Shown here one piece after another: positions 1 to 13,519 of a stretch of 60,000 bases of DNA. This DNA is from Mobula hypostoma (taxonomy: Eukaryota): assembly GCF_963921235.1 (NCBI RefSeq), contig NC_086097.1, positions 93,684,001-93,744,000 on the forward strand, in the 5' to 3' direction. A program made the position numbers and the translations under genes. Every line of letters starts with the position of its first letter. The first letter of the stretch is position 1. The notes below the pieces were generated by a model. The model had not been told where the DNA came from. It made no database searches and was given only the letters and a program-made list of their open reading frames with translations.

Positions 1-1282
1 TATAAGCCTACTGACTCTCACAGCTATCTGGACTATTCCTCTTCTCACCCTGTCTCTTGCAAAAACGCCATCCCCTTCTCGCAATTCCTCCGTCTCCGCC
101 GCATCTGCTCTCAGGATGAGGCTTTTCATTCTAGGACGAGGGAGATGTCTTCATTTTTTAAAGAAAGGGGCTTCCATTCCTCCACTATCAACTCTGCTCT
201 TAAACGCATCTCCCCCATTTCACGTACATCTGCTCTCACTCCATCCTCCCACCACCCCACTAGGAATAGGGTTCCCCTGGTCCTCACCTACCACCCCACC
301 AGCCTCCAGGTCCAACATATTATTCTCCGTAACTTCCGCCACCTCCAACGGGATCCCACCACTAAGCACATCTTTCCCTCCCCCCCCCTCTGCATTCCGC
401 AGGGATCGCTCCCTACACAACTCCCTTGTCCATTCGTCCCCCCCATCCCTCCCCACTGATCTCCCTCCTGGCACTTATCCGTGTAAGCGGAACAAGTGCT
501 ACACATGCCCTTACACTTCCTCCCTTACCACCATTCAGGGCCCCAAACAGTCCTTCCAGGTGAGGCATCACTTCACCTGTGAGTCGACTGGGGTGATATA
601 CTGCGTCTGGTGCTCCCGATGTGGCCTTTTATATATTGGTGAGACCCGACGCAGACTGGGAGACCGCTTTGCTGAACATCTACGCTCTGTCCGCCAGAGA
701 AAGCAGGATCTCCCAGTGGCCACACATTTTAATTCCACATCCCATTCCCATTCTGACATGTCTATCCACGGCCTCCTCTACTGTAAAGATGAAGCCACAC
801 TCAGGTTGGAGGAACAACACCTTATATTCCGTCTGGGTAGCCTCCAACCTGATGGCATGAACATTGACTTCTCTAACTTCCGCTAGGCCCCACCTCCCCC
901 TCGTACCCCAGCTGTTACTCATTTTTATGCACACATTCTTTCTCTCACTCTCCTTTTTCTCCCGCTGTCCCTCTGAATATACCTCTTGCCCATCCTCTGG
1001 GTCAACCCCCCCCTCCCGTCTTTCTTCCCGGACCTCCTGTCCCATGATCCTCTCGTATCCCTTTTGCCTATCACCTGTCCAGCTCTCAGCTCTATCCCTC
1101 CCCCTCCTGTCTTCTCCTATCATTTTGCATCTCCCCCTCCCCCTCCAGCTTTCAAATCCCTTACTCACTCTTCCTTCAGTTAGTCCTGACGAAGGGTCTC
1201 GGCCTGAAACGTCGACTGCGCCTCTTCCTATAGATGCTGCTTGGCCTGCTGCGTTCACCAGCAACTTTGATGTGTGTTGCTT
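1..1282 (+). mobile_element. Penelope-like retroelement, 3' part (RT thumb, linker, GIY-YIG endonuclease, terminal repeat); continues off the left edge
   Basis: Frame 1 from base 1 reads YKPTDSHSYLDYSSSHP. A frameshift at the poly-C run near 380 leads to CKRNKCYTC...VIYCVWCSRCGLLYIGET...RFAEH (GIY-YIG with Cys/His motif), stop at 886, then a pyrimidine-rich UTR and hammerhead motif. Confidence 0.92.
1182..1217 (+). ncRNA. Minimal type I hammerhead ribozyme motif in the Penelope terminal repeat
   Basis: AGUC-CUGACGA-AGG(GUCUCGG)CCU-GAAA-CGUC^GACU: intact core, 3-bp stem II, palindromic ACGU stem III, and 4-bp stem I AGUC/GACU. Predicted cleavage after C1213. Confidence 0.8.
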
Positions 1283-1289
1283 AGTTAGA

Positions 1290-1750
1290 TTTCCCTGGCT
1301 GGAGATGGTCATTGTCTGATACATTTGTGCTGCTGAAATTACTTGCCACCTGCAGCCCATGAGTTGTCTGGCTTTTGATACTTGCAGACATAACTTGTCA
1401 AATTTGCTGAAAAATTGCAAACAGAATTGCAAGTTGCACAATCATCTGTCACTATTTTTAGATATGGCCCAAGTGTGGAGCAAGAGACACTGAAACGGGT
1501 CGATAGTTCACAGACTTTACTGCAAACAGAATTAGAGGGGAGGAAAATCCATGGCTGCCGAATCCGTGGTTGTGACATCATCAGTAAGCATCCTCACTTC
1601 TGACCTCAAGATGGAGGGAAGGTCAGTGATGAAGCAGTGGAAGATGTTTGGGCATAGGACACCTCCCTGCAGTGATTTCCTGAGATTAGTTTGATTAGTG
1701 TGCAGTGACACAGTCTTCTTCCATTGTGCCACGTTCTTCTCTAGCAATGA
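1290..1750 (-). mobile_element. Old CR1/L2-group LINE RT fragment
   Basis: ORF 1532-1747 reads SLQGGVLCPNIFHCFITDLPS...MLTDD, a degenerate PQG/xADD RT core; related to 6560-7680. Confidence 0.6.
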
Positions 1751-2629
1751 GAGTGTTTTCCCTCTCGAGTATATAATAGCCTAAAATATCCTATTGTACT
1801 TCTAAGCACTTATATTTTACTTGCTGGTCACCAGAGGTTCCTCTGGCAATAATTTCCTCCTTCCTATGGCTGGAAGGCCTGAAGTCGGTCACTTCATAAT
1901 CCTATCCTGAGACCGGGTTCTCTACACATCCCTCTCGTGTTTTAAAAAATTGATCACATTTTTTTTCATAAAAAAACCATCTATGCAGTTAAACTTATTA
2001 ATGATTGCTGCAGGCAATGCAATTTTATGCTGGTATTTATCTTCCTTTCACTGGCTCTTTGTTCTCCAGGCATTTCTCTTATAATTTCTGTGACACGTGG
2101 CACTATCAAATAGGTTCCTTACTCGTTCTTCCCCATCAGTAAGTAGGCCAGTGTTCCAAGCTTATTAATCAAGTGGCAGTGGGGAGTTCATTACTGAAGA
2201 CTAGACATTTTGCTCAAAAAGTGAATATTGCATTTCCTCATATATGGCGTGCTTGATTAACGTCCCTGTAATTTGCAAAGTTTCGAAGATTCATCAGTCA
2301 GTAGTTAAACATAAAGTGGTGAGGTGCCTCTCCATTTCGAATTCTGAGGGTAACTAGAATTTGAAGAAGCAGTATTTGTATTTTGTTAATATTAACTTAG
2401 CATTATGGTTCTTTACCGTCAGAATGTTCTTTGGTCCCTACGGATCAGCTTGATGGATGATATTCTGTCACACTGCTCTGTGGGTTTTCATTCTTTTAAA
2501 TTTGATAGTCAAATATATTATCTCAGGAATTTAATGTACGGGTTACACCTGTAGGCTTCAGCCTGACAGTGGGAACTGTAAGAACTGAAAGCTCAGTCAT
2601 CATAAAATCTTGACTGCACAGGAGGTGAG

Positions 2630-3560
2630 ATTTTAGTCATAAGACATGTGCAAATCAAAAAAATGTACTCAGGCCAGCCTGACCCATCTTCTTACTATAG
2701 GTGTGTAACCCCATGGGTCATGGCTCTTTGAGTACTGTTTAAAGATGGTAAGGCTTTCTATTTCTACCACCTTTTCATGCAATGACCTCCACCACCCTCT
2801 GGATCCCTTCCCCTCAAATTATTGACTGATTACTTAAAATCTGTACCTCTTAATTGTTGATCCCACTGCCAAGAGAATCGGTTATTCTTATCTGCTCTTT
2901 TTAACTCGTCAGAATTTGTACACCCCAGTCTCCTCCGTTCCATAGAGAGCAACCTGAGGTTATCCAATCAGTCTTCTCCAGGGCAACCTCATCTTTCCTG
3001 TAGTGTGTTAACCATGTACAGTCTCAACTTTCCTGTAATGTGTTAACCATGTACAACGTCATCTTTCCTGTAGTGTGTTAACCATGTATAATCTCATCTT
3101 TCCTGTAGTGTGTTAACCATGTACAATGTCATCTTTCCTGTAGTGTGTTAACCATGTACAACGTCATCTTTCCTGTAGTGTGTTAACCATGTACAACATA
3201 ATCTTTCCTGTAACATGTTAACCATTTACAATCTCATCTTTCCTGCAGTGTATTAACCATGTACAACGTCATCTTTCCTGTAGTGTGTTAACCATCTTAT
3301 CTTTCCTGTAATATCCAGACCACAATTTTACATAGTACTCCAACTGTGGTCTGACTAACATAGCATAACTTCCCTGCTGTTATATCCTTGGGTGACAATG
3401 TGTCCTTGGACCCTTTAACCTCTTCATTAAATTGCAGATCCATTGACCTGACCTGCTGCCTTTAAGGTTTCATGGTCCATTGGTTCCTCCACTCTACTCA
3501 GCATCTCCTTATTTATTACATGTTCTCCTGCCTTGTTGCTTGTCCTGAGAAATATAACTT
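2630..3560 (-). mobile_element. Decayed CR1 3' fragment hosting a minisatellite
   Basis: Antisense CR1 RT C-terminal sequence (e.g. catagtactccaactgtggtctgac, the reverse of the RPHLEY region) flanks the array. Confidence 0.55.
2988..3310. repeat. 35-bp minisatellite, about 9 copies (TCATCTTTCCTGTAGTGTGTTAACCATGTACAACG)
   Basis: atctttcctg recurs at 2991, 3061, 3131, 3201 and 3271 (every two units). Confidence 0.95.
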
Positions 3561-6219
3561 CATAGTTCTCTGGATTAGATTCCATATGCTTTTTTGATAC
3601 CCAGATGACCAGGTCATCTTTATCCTCCTGAACTCAAAAGTTGTCTTCCTCCATATCATTCTCAAGGTCTCTTGTTGTATCATTTATCAACCTTATTGTG
3701 TCTGCTACACCTATAGTAATTATGGATAGAAAGCAAAGGACCGAGGACAGTATCCTGCTAAACTTAATGAAAAGACCCATTCAACTCACAGAACTACCCA
3801 TAAAAACATTGGAATTAGAAACAAATTTGCCCCCTGTGACTGCTCCGCCATTTAACAAGAAAATATCTGATCATCTCCTGCAATTTCCAACTTTAACACA
3901 ATGCCATTTCTGTACATATTTTATCCTTGTACTCCACTTTCAGAATTCCAAAGAAAATATTCCAAGGTGAAACACTGATTCACTTGCACTTTTTCTAGTT
4001 TGTATTTGGAGTTCTCTTTTACACTGCAGAAATCAAACGCAGAATGGACAACCAATTTGCAATCTTCACTATTTTTGTTCATGCCCAGTATTTACACTTC
4101 TTCCAGATGGATGCAGTGCAATTTAGATTATAAAACCATAAGACATAGTAGCAGAATTAGGCCATTCAGCCCATTGAATCTGCACCGCCATTTTATCATG
4201 ACTGATTTATTTTCCCTTTCAACCACATTCTCCAGCCAATGACTAATAGTCTCATACAAGATTCTTAGAGAGCTTGGCAGGGCAGATGTGAGGAGGATGA
4301 TTCCTATATCCGTGCCCCTTATACCCTTTAGCTAGGGCAAATAACCCTGGCTAAGGGCTCTCGACTAAGGAGCAAGGATCTCAAACTAAGATGGGCTATT
4401 TGAGACTGAATTGAGAAGAAATTTCTTCACTTGGACTCCAAGAGTGAATTATCCCTTGTGTTAAGGGCCGACGTCTTCATTAACCTGGTCCAACAGAACT
4501 CGCCTTTATGAGCCTGGTATGCGCTGGGACACATCATCTGTGATGTAACCTGGGGTCATCGCGTGTTTCAGGTCTTTCAACATCAGACACCTTTGCCCAG
4601 GTGACTCAGCCAGAGATGATCAGGCCCTGGCTTGTGTTTTTTTCCCCATGGACCAAGATAATGAAAAGTGTGTCACTTTTGGTTACAGTGCAATTATTCA
4701 GGCAGTGGATAAGTCTTACAGAGTGAATCACTAGAAGCTGTATGTCTGCTGTCTCCTAGGGCTGTGAAAGCTAAGTCATTCATTACATTTATGAGAGCGA
4801 TTGAGAGAATTCTGGATGATAAAGGAATCAGGTGAATTGGGGAAGAGCAGGAAAATTGTGATGAAGTAGGTCATGACACCATTCGCAGCATTTTGGTTTA
4901 TTCTTTCATGGACTTATCCTCGCCACCCCTGCCTCTTCTCTGCAACTTAAATCAAGCTTGTTTATAACTTTTCCTGCTTTTCACAGGAAGTCATTGACCT
5001 GTGAGTTAACTCTGTTTCTCTCTTCATGATTGTGGCCTGATCTGCAGCATTTTCAATTTTTAAATTTCTGGTTTCCAATATTTGCCTCAACCAATGGGGA
5101 TAACTTTACTCAACTTCGCTTGCCCCATCATTGAAATGTTCCCACAACCTGTGGACTCACTTTCAAGGACTCTTCATCTCATGTTCTTGATGTTTATTGC
5201 TTATATATTTATTATTATTTTCTTTTTGTATTTGCATAGTTGACTGCCCAAGTTGATGCAGTCTTTCATGTTATGGTTATTATTCTATGGATTTATTGAC
5301 TATGCCCTCAAGAAAATGAATCTTAGGGATGTACATGGTGACACACATATTAAATTTACTTTGAATTTCGGACTCTTGTACTTTTTGGTTCCCATGGATC
5401 TTGAGCTTGAGACTGTGAATTTTAAATCTGAAGTATTGTCAAGTCAGGAGACAACGTATGACAGTGAGGAGGAGGGAACTGATGGGTCTTTGGAATTCGG
5501 TGTTTTAGGAAATCAGCAGCAGAACTTTGGGTGCTATCGAGTCTGAATTGTTCAACAAGAATAATTCTACTAAGCAAGGGATCATTGCTCCCTTAGAGTT
5601 TACTTTTTCCCCTTAAGCTGTCCTTCAAGATGGAGACTGTCTTGCTTCTGTTCTGGTTCTGTGGGGTTCGAAGTAACTAATAAGGCTGATACATGGAAAC
5701 TTAGAAAACCTACAGCGCAATACATGCCCTTCGGCCCACAGGGTTGTGCTGAACATGTCCCTACTGTTGGAACCTCTGTCAGATGGGGCAGAGGGTAGCT
5801 GGGAGGACAGGTGGGTGAGCAGATTGTGGAGCCCTGTGCTCCTTTTGCTCTAGATGCACAGATTCAAGGTTCTCAATCCCTCTAGAATGCACCTTCTCCA
5901 CACTGGCCAAAGGTCCGCGGGATTGCTCGTCAAGGAGCCTGTAGTACGTACAACCTTGAATCCTTTCCTCCACCTGACAGGTAATCCCTATCCCTGACAG
6001 AGTGCCTTTTTCCGGAATCTCGTGTTGAGATTGTGAATGGCGTGGTCTGCCCTGAGACCATTTACAAGCCCAGGGGTGCAGCATGATGGTGGTTAAAACC
6101 TCTTTTAGCATTGTCATGGTAAAATCCTCTGATTTGTATGAGTAATATGCAGATGGTAGGAGAGCCACCATTTGTCTTAGAGACTTTTCTGTCATGAACC
6201 AAAACAGCTGGCTGAATTG

Positions 6220-6325
6220 TTAGCAACACAAAACACAAAACACTGGAGGAATTCAGCAGGCCAGGCAGCATCTATGGGAAATAGTAAATAGTCGACGTTT
6301 TGGGCCGAGACCCTTCGGCAGGGCT
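6220..6325 (-). mobile_element. Short Penelope terminal-repeat fragment with degenerate hammerhead
   Basis: Reverse strand reads ccctgccgaagggtctcggcccaaaacgtcgact...gatgctgcctggcctgctgaattcctccag. Confidence 0.75.
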
Positions 6326-6559
6326 CCAGTTATCGTGTCTGTGGCTGAATTGTTAACCTGTGAGGCCGTGCTGGGAACAGGGACAACACAGTGCCTCATT
6401 CCATCGGGTAAAGTCCCAGCTGAAGTGGATAGAAACACTGTGTGTCGCAGGGACATTAGCTTCTCCAGGTGTCAGGATATGGATTCTTGCAGAGAGAGAA
6501 TCTAGGCCTTTACTGGAATCTCAAACACATATTGAATACATGGAAACTAGGAGTACTTT

Positions 6560-7680
6560 CTTTGGACCCGGCCAGCATTTATTGCTCGTCCCTCGCTGGC
6601 TTTGAAGAAGGTCTGGTGGAATGCTGCTGAATCAGGAAGGCCATTGAGCCACTGTAGTCCCACAGTGCTTTTGGAGAGGGGATGCCAAGGCAACGAAAAC
6701 GCAACGGTATATTTCCAAAGCACGTTGATCTTTGACTTGGATGGGGAACCAGTAGGTGGTGGCGTTTTCATGTGACTGCTGGGTTTGGGATGTGCTGTCC
6801 GAGTAGTCTGGGCAAGCAACTGTAGTTCATTCATTTTCTGAATTCTGCAGCCAACGTATGCTGGTGGTGGAGGGTTGTGAGGTGTAGGTTCGTTGGTGGG
6901 ATGACAGGCAAGCAGGCTGCCTTGTCCTGGATGGTGAAGAGTCTGCAGTGCTGTTGTAGCCCAGTTTATCGAATACTCCCATCATATTCCTGAATTGTCC
7001 TTGTAATTGGTGATGAACTTTTGGGGTGTCGGGGGCGAGTCATTTTGGGGTGTCAGGCAGGGTACCTGGCCTCCGACCTGCTCTATTAGCTGTGATATTT
7101 GTGTGGCTGATCCTGTCAATCCCAGGCACATTAATTATGGAGGACTCTGTGATGGCAATGAAACTGAGTGGTTAGATTCTCCCTTGATGGGGGATGGTTG
7201 TGGCCCGCGACTCTTACGTATGACACACCAGCACAAGCATGAATGTTATCCAGATCTCTCTGCATGCAGGTACGGACTGCTTCGTTTTCTGAGGAGCTGC
7301 AGCTGGAATGGGCATGGTGTGGTCTTTAAACGGGAAAGAAAGGTCATTGATGAAGCAGCTGAAGATAGCCGAGCCGAGGACACTGTCCTCTGGAGCTCCA
7401 GTACTGAAGCCCTGGGCGGGGATGACTTGCCTCTGATATCCGTAACCATCATGAGATACCGTTATATCCAGTGGAGTGTTTTCACTTTGTTCACTCCAGT
7501 TTTACCAGGGTGCCCAGATGCCACACTCAGTCAAAAGCTACTTTTCTCTCAAGGACAGTCATTCTCACCTCACCTCTGGAGTTCAGCTCTTGGTTTCATA
7601 ATTTGACCAAAGCTGTGATGGGATCTTGAGCTGAATAGTCCTGGCAAAGCCCAGACTGGCTTCCCCTGATGCTTTCTATA
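6560..7680 (-). mobile_element. Old CR1/L2-group LINE ORF2 remnant
   Basis: aaggtcattgatgaagcagctgaagat...gaggacactgtcctctggagctcc is the antisense of a degenerate GVPQGSVLGPTIFSCFINDLP motif. Confidence 0.55.
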
Positions 7681-8267
7681 TCTGCTACTACATCTAACTA
7701 CCGCTGATGGATGATCGTTGCCCTGAAATACCGGCTATGTTCTCTGACCTACAGAGAATTCCTGGAAGTTTCTGTTTCTTACTCAGATTTACAGCTTTTG
7801 CTTTTTAATCATTATAAACCTCATCTCTTCTGGAAGTCTCATCTTCCTTGTCAGAAGGTCATAGATGTTGACCATATAATCCAGGCTGACACTCCCAATG
7901 TTGGACAGGCCAGCTAACTGATGAGGTAACAGTCTGAGACTCTAAGTTCTCTTTCAGGTAAAGGGTCTCATTGTTCACAGTGAAGAGAAGCAGAGGAGAC
8001 CCCTGTAGTATATTTAACCCTCAGTCATATCAGTAAACCAGATCATTCAGTCACTGCTTCTTGGGGCAGTTTGGCTGTGCATTTCCAATGTTGCAATGCT
8101 TCAAAAACTGGTTGTGAAGCTCGTCCTTAATCTCTTCATCGCCCTTCTCTTTCAAAGCCTGTCTAAACCTACAGTCATTGTTGTGTCCGTGAACACAGGC
8201 ACACCCCTCAACAACATAGTTGCTCATCACGAACAGCGTGGTCAGGTATTTGCAAACAAGGCCCCAA

Positions 8268-8930
8268 AGTTCAAAGTAAAATTATTATTAAAAATACATA
8301 TATGTCACCATATATAACCCTGAGATTCATTTTCTTGCGGGCATACTCAATAAATCCAAGAGCTATAGTAGAATCAGTGAAGGACTGCACCCAGTAGGAC
8401 AGACAAACAACCAATGTGCAAAAGACAACAAACTCTGCAAACACAAAAGAAATAATAATAATAATAATGATTATAATAACTAAATAAACAATAAGTATTG
8501 AGAATATGAAATGAAGAGTGCTTCGAAGTGAGTCTGTAGATTGTGGGAACATTTCAGTGATGGGGCAAGTGAAGTTATTCCCTTGGGTTCAAGAGCCTGA
8601 TAATTGGAGGGTAATAACTGTTTCTGAAGCTGGTGGCTTGAGTCCTGAGCTCCTGTACCTTCCTACTGATGGCAGCAGCAAGAAGAAAGCATAATCTGGA
8701 TGGTGGGGAGGGGGTGTCGCTGATGATGGATGCTGCTTTTCTGTGACATTACCCCATGTAGGTGTGCTCAATGGCTTTATCCATGATGGACTACCTTTTT
8801 GTAGGGTTTTCTATTCAAGGTGTTTCTGTACCAGGCTATGATCCAGCTAGTCAATATTCTCTCCACCACGCTTCTACCGAAGTCTAACAAGTTTTAAATG
8901 TCATGCCAAATCTCACAAACTCCTAAGGAT
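8268..8930 (-). mobile_element. Rex1/Babar-type LINE 3' end
   Basis: Antisense LLPS.GRYRS motif; 3' UTR ending ...aataataattttactttgaactt. Related tails at about 5100-5370, 27100-27330 and 52780-52890. Confidence 0.6.
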
Positions 8931-9699
8931 TATGACCAGCATTGCTGATTACGTTTGGCTAACTCAGTAGAGATCAGAGGTGTAATCTTGAATCTGTATG
9001 TTCTGAGCAGCTTTGTTGCATATCTGCTGGGTTGTGAGCCACTTTAATAGGGTGTCGTGCTGTTGCTCAGCCTGGTGGGTCATATACACCCTTCTTCTGT
9101 CTTGGCATTTCCTTGGGATTGGGATGACTTGCTTCGATGGCTGTGTGAAGGGTTTCTGATCAGACCAAATGTCCATTCCCTATGAAACCGCGTTATTTCA
9201 CTTTTCCTCATTTAACACCTTAACACCACTCCCCACTCCCCTCTCAGTGGCCCCTTGCTGAACTTGCCACCTCTCTGAACACTTGTGGCAGTGTGGACCG
9301 GAATGCTGACTGTAGCTGAGTTAGCAGAACTTCAGCAATGGACTTGGCAGAATCTGGAGCATCAACCTGGGAGGAAAGACCACGGGTTGTGGAATCATGT
9401 GGGACCAGGGAGGAGTAAATCTGGAAAGCTGAGCAGTTAACCTTCAAACATTAAGAATGGGATTTCAAGAGGCAGCTTTTAAAATTAATCTGCACGACAG
9501 AACACCAAGAGGAAAGAGTGCAAGTTGGGTTCATACTCTGCCTGCTTTCACTTTCCTTTGAGGAACTTGAAGCAAAATTTGGCTATTCAGTCCCATTCAA
9601 TAACATCCTGAGTGATGTTTCACCTCAGCACAGCTTCCTACTCCAATTCCAAATCCCACTTGCTGCCGAGTTTCACCTAACGGGACTCTAAAAGAGGCT

Positions 9700-10760
9700 T
9701 TGGCCCACGAGGTTTCAGAGTGAAGAGGTGGAGTTAATGGCCCAGGTGTGGTGAGTGAGAGCAACTCTTTAAAAAGGCACGGGTAAGAACAGGGTAAGGT
9801 TTTGTTTTGTTGTCCATCCTTGATTCAGTGTAGGGCAGTAGGATGCTCCTCCTGTGAGAAGTCAGGGACCTTTTAGATTAGATTGGATTAGATTATGAGG
9901 ACACTCAGTCCTCGTTTATTGTCATTTAGAAATGCATGCATTAAAAAATGATACAATGTTCCTCCGGTATGATATCACAGAAACACAACTCAGACCAAGA
10001 CTAAAACTGACAAAAACCATATAATTATAACATATAGTTACAACAGTGCAAAGCAATACCATAATTTGATAAGAGCAGACCCTGAACACAGTAAAAAAAC
10101 GTGATGACACCATCTATAGACAGTGCACCCAGTTGCATCTCCTGACAGACTGCCAAGAATATGGAGCTAGATCTAGAGGCACTCTGGATAAAACTAAGGA
10201 TGATACTTCTTAGTGAGGTGGTCACACCCAAGGCCCCAGATAGATGGATGTCCGCCAGGAGAAGTTATGGAGAAGGCAGTCAGTGCAGGGTTCCCTTGTG
10301 GCAATTGCACCTCATTAACAAGTATATCTCTTTGCAATGTTGAGGGGGGAGTTCTTTCAGCAGCTAGTAGCAATAACCCAGTGTTTGGCACTGTGAATGG
10401 CTTTGAGGCTCAGCAGTAAAGGGTGCAGTGGTAGTGAGGAAGACAGACAGGAGGTTCTGTAGCCACAGGAGAGACACCAGGATGATCTATTTCCTCCTGG
10501 GAGTCAGGGTCAAGGGTGTCTCAAGTGGGTGCAGAAAATTCTTGAAGGGAAGGGTGAACAGTCAGAGGTCATTGTAAACATTGGTACAAATGACCCGGGC
10601 AGAGCAAGGGATAGGTCCTGTAGAATGCACATGGAAAGTTAAGTAAGAAGGCAAGAAACAAGACCTCAAGGGTGGTGCTCTCTGGATTACTCCCGATGCC
10701 ATGTGCTAGTGAGGCCAGGCACAGAAAGATAGGCCAAGTGAATGTGTGACTGAGGAGCGG
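9700..10760 (+). mobile_element. CR1 ORF1 remnant (SGNH esterase-like)
   Basis: Degenerate LxGVRVKGV...EGEQSEVIVNIGTND at about 10490-10595, characteristic of the CR1 ORF1 esterase; interrupted by 9875-10100. Confidence 0.65.
9875..10100 (-). mobile_element. 5'-truncated non-coding retroposon with (AATCT)n tail
   Basis: Near-identical to the 3' ends of 25760-26430 and 34674-35330; agattagattggattagatt tail. Confidence 0.8.
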
Positions 10761-12304
10761 GTGGAGATCCTGTCCTGTGGTAAAAAGACTTTAAAAAGCT
10801 ACTAATGTCAGTCATTATGCTTCTCATCTTCTCTGACATCAAACTATATCACAACACTCAGAGAAATAACAGTTATCAATACAGAGCAATGGGTGCATTC
10901 CTTCCTCAAGCTTTGTCCGTTCTGTGATACCATTGGTAATTAACGTACAAGAGCTTCTTGATCATGCTATCACCCTCTTTGGCCACAAAGTGAGAATTTC
11001 ATCCCATTGGTAGTCTGCGATAGGTCAACCCAATTAAGTCAAAAGCTGTGTAACCAATTGCACCAGCAAAGAAGCTAGTATGCAGGTGAAAGTCTTTGCT
11101 GTTGATTGGGCTGACAGGATAATTCATTGGAATGGAGACTTGCTTGGTGATCAACTCAAATTAAAACTCCAGGAATGAAAGGATGTTATTTTGACCCTTT
11201 ATGGGTAACTTGGAGTAAAACAATTATCTGATGATTTTTTTTTAGAAAAAAAATCCTCAGTTCATAAAGTGCATGCAGTCCAAAGCTGTTCATTTTACAC
11301 CAGTGACAGAGGAACATTAATCCTATTGTCAGAGCCAACCCCATAGCTTTCATCTCTTGGTTTAGCACACTTGTACAAGTTTTAAATCATGGGCTCAGAC
11401 TGTGGGGCTTCCCTTGCATCAAATCAGGTTTTTGTTTATTCTCGGTGGATTTGAAACTGGCTGTGTCTCGCCAGCTGGATGACCGTGAATCCAGTTAACA
11501 TTATGAATCCAGGAACTTCAGATTTGGAGGGCTCGAAGCTAAGTGGTCAGATAGATATTAAAATAAAATTACAGATGTGAAATGTTGGAAACACATAGTG
11601 GTGGAAGCCACGTTACGAGTGCTGAGATCCACTTTGCTTGGACAGTTCAGGATATCACGGGGGTGGGGGGTGGTGTGCTAACCAAGTGGCTGATTCTGAG
11701 AGCTAAATGGTTAAATTAAGAGACCAGGTTCCAACCACAACCTTGTACCCTCTTGAGTACATACTCTAATTAAAATGATTAATGAATTCCGTAGGGTAAA
11801 TATGAACTGTTCTGTCAGACCGAAGTTTTCCCAGAACATGACCTTAAATTTAGAACAAGACTATCACCACAAGAAAGTACAAACTTGGGAATGCCTTTCC
11901 CAAAAAGCTGTTGTGGGAAAGTTTCCAAAATGGGGTTGGTAGATTTTATTGGGGAAGGGGATTAGGAAGTGAAGCTCAGCGAGCAGGTGGAGTTGTTCTG
12001 CAGATTAACTGTCGAGTGACTTAAGTGGCTCAGAGCACTGAAAAGCCAGCTCCTCGTTCTGTTATTGTAAAGTGCAACTTAGGTCAGGGAGGTAGAACAC
12101 TGAAATGGTTTTGATGGATGACTGGTGTAAGCTGTTGGTAGGTTTCTGCAGCTCATCAGCACATGAAATTACTCCGTGGGACCCTCCTAAAAGAATCATA
12201 CTGAGCCGGGCCTTGGGGTGCATAACTGGTGGTGGGACTGACTATGTAGAGCCTTCTTGTGTCTTGAGAGAGTGAAGCAGGAATTGTACTTGGTATTTTA
12301 TAAA

Positions 12305-12790
12305 TTTTAACCACAAGAAAGTCTGCAGATGCTGGAAATCCAAAGCAACACACACAAAATGCTGGAGGAACTCAGCAGGCCAGGCAACATTGATGGAAGT
12401 GAATAAACAGACAATGTTCTGGGCTGAGAGCCAACTTCAAGACTGCAAAGGATGGGGGAAAGTGCCAGAATAAAAAGGTGGGGGAGGGGCAGGAGGATAG
12501 GAGGAAGGTGATAGGTGAAGCCAGGGAGAGAGGGAAAATAAAGGGCTGGAGAGGAAGGAATCTGATTGTAGAAGAGAGTGGACCATAGGAGAAAGGGAAG
12601 GAGGAGAGGAGATGATAGGCAGGTGAGAAGAGGCCCGAGTGGGGAATAGAAGAAGGGGGAGAGAGAGGGATATTTTTTACCAGAAGGAGAAATTAATATT
12701 GATGCCATCAAGCTGAAGGCTACCCAGATGGAATATTAGGCTTTGCTTCTCCATCCTGAGGGTGCCTCAACAAAGCACAAAAGGAGCCCA
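12305..12790 (-). mobile_element. Penelope-like 3' fragment
   Basis: Antisense of the GIY-YIG C-terminal end (LIFHLGSLQ), pyrimidine-rich UTR and terminal repeat. Confidence 0.8.
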
Positions 12791-13519
12791 TGGGCTGAAA
12801 TCTGACTCAATTTAAGATGGGTCATCTGGTGGAAATCTCACAAATGAAGCGCAAATCAACACTGGCAATTGTGTGGAGGAGTTTTGAAGTTTTCTCCGCA
12901 ATTGCTTGCAGGAACTAACTGATTTTAGTGTCAGCTCCAAGAGGATCCCCAAATTACTTCCTCTACATCTATTCTTCAATTTATAGCATATGCTTTACAA
13001 TTTCTCTTTGTAAAACTATTGATTCTATGTGTCTTCAGCTTCTGAGTATCTCCGTAACATCAACCCGTCAAAATGATCAGCACCAAAATATCTGTGACGT
13101 ATTACACCCGCCTTTTCGATTTACGAAACTTTATTCACGATGTTTTCCAGGAAGGAAAATCAAGCAATGTTAACAAAGTTATCTGCACTCCTTCAAACCA
13201 AGCTGCATGTATTCTCCTCCTTGGTATTGGCTGCCTTTAGCAAATCAGATGCTTGTAGGATCAACACCCATTGGCATGGACTCTGTAGTCACTGTTGCAT
13301 TGCTGACGGAGGGGCCCATTTTCATGCAAACATTGTGCCGAGGTTGTGGCAGTGATTAAAGCACTTCTGGGCACACTTTCTTTGTGAAATGTACAGAATA
13401 AATGTAATGTGGTATCTCTTTGGCCAACCTATTGCTCATCTCCACTCAGATCATTTATCAGGGGCCCGCATCAGGTTTGTTCTGTTCGTGCTAAGTTCAT
13501 CTGGCCATGGATATCTAGA

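Noticed and set aside
2988..3310. Regular 35-bp repeat (and the 33-bp array) as possible CRISPR arrays
   Set aside because: No unique spacers, no cas genes, and vertebrate context.
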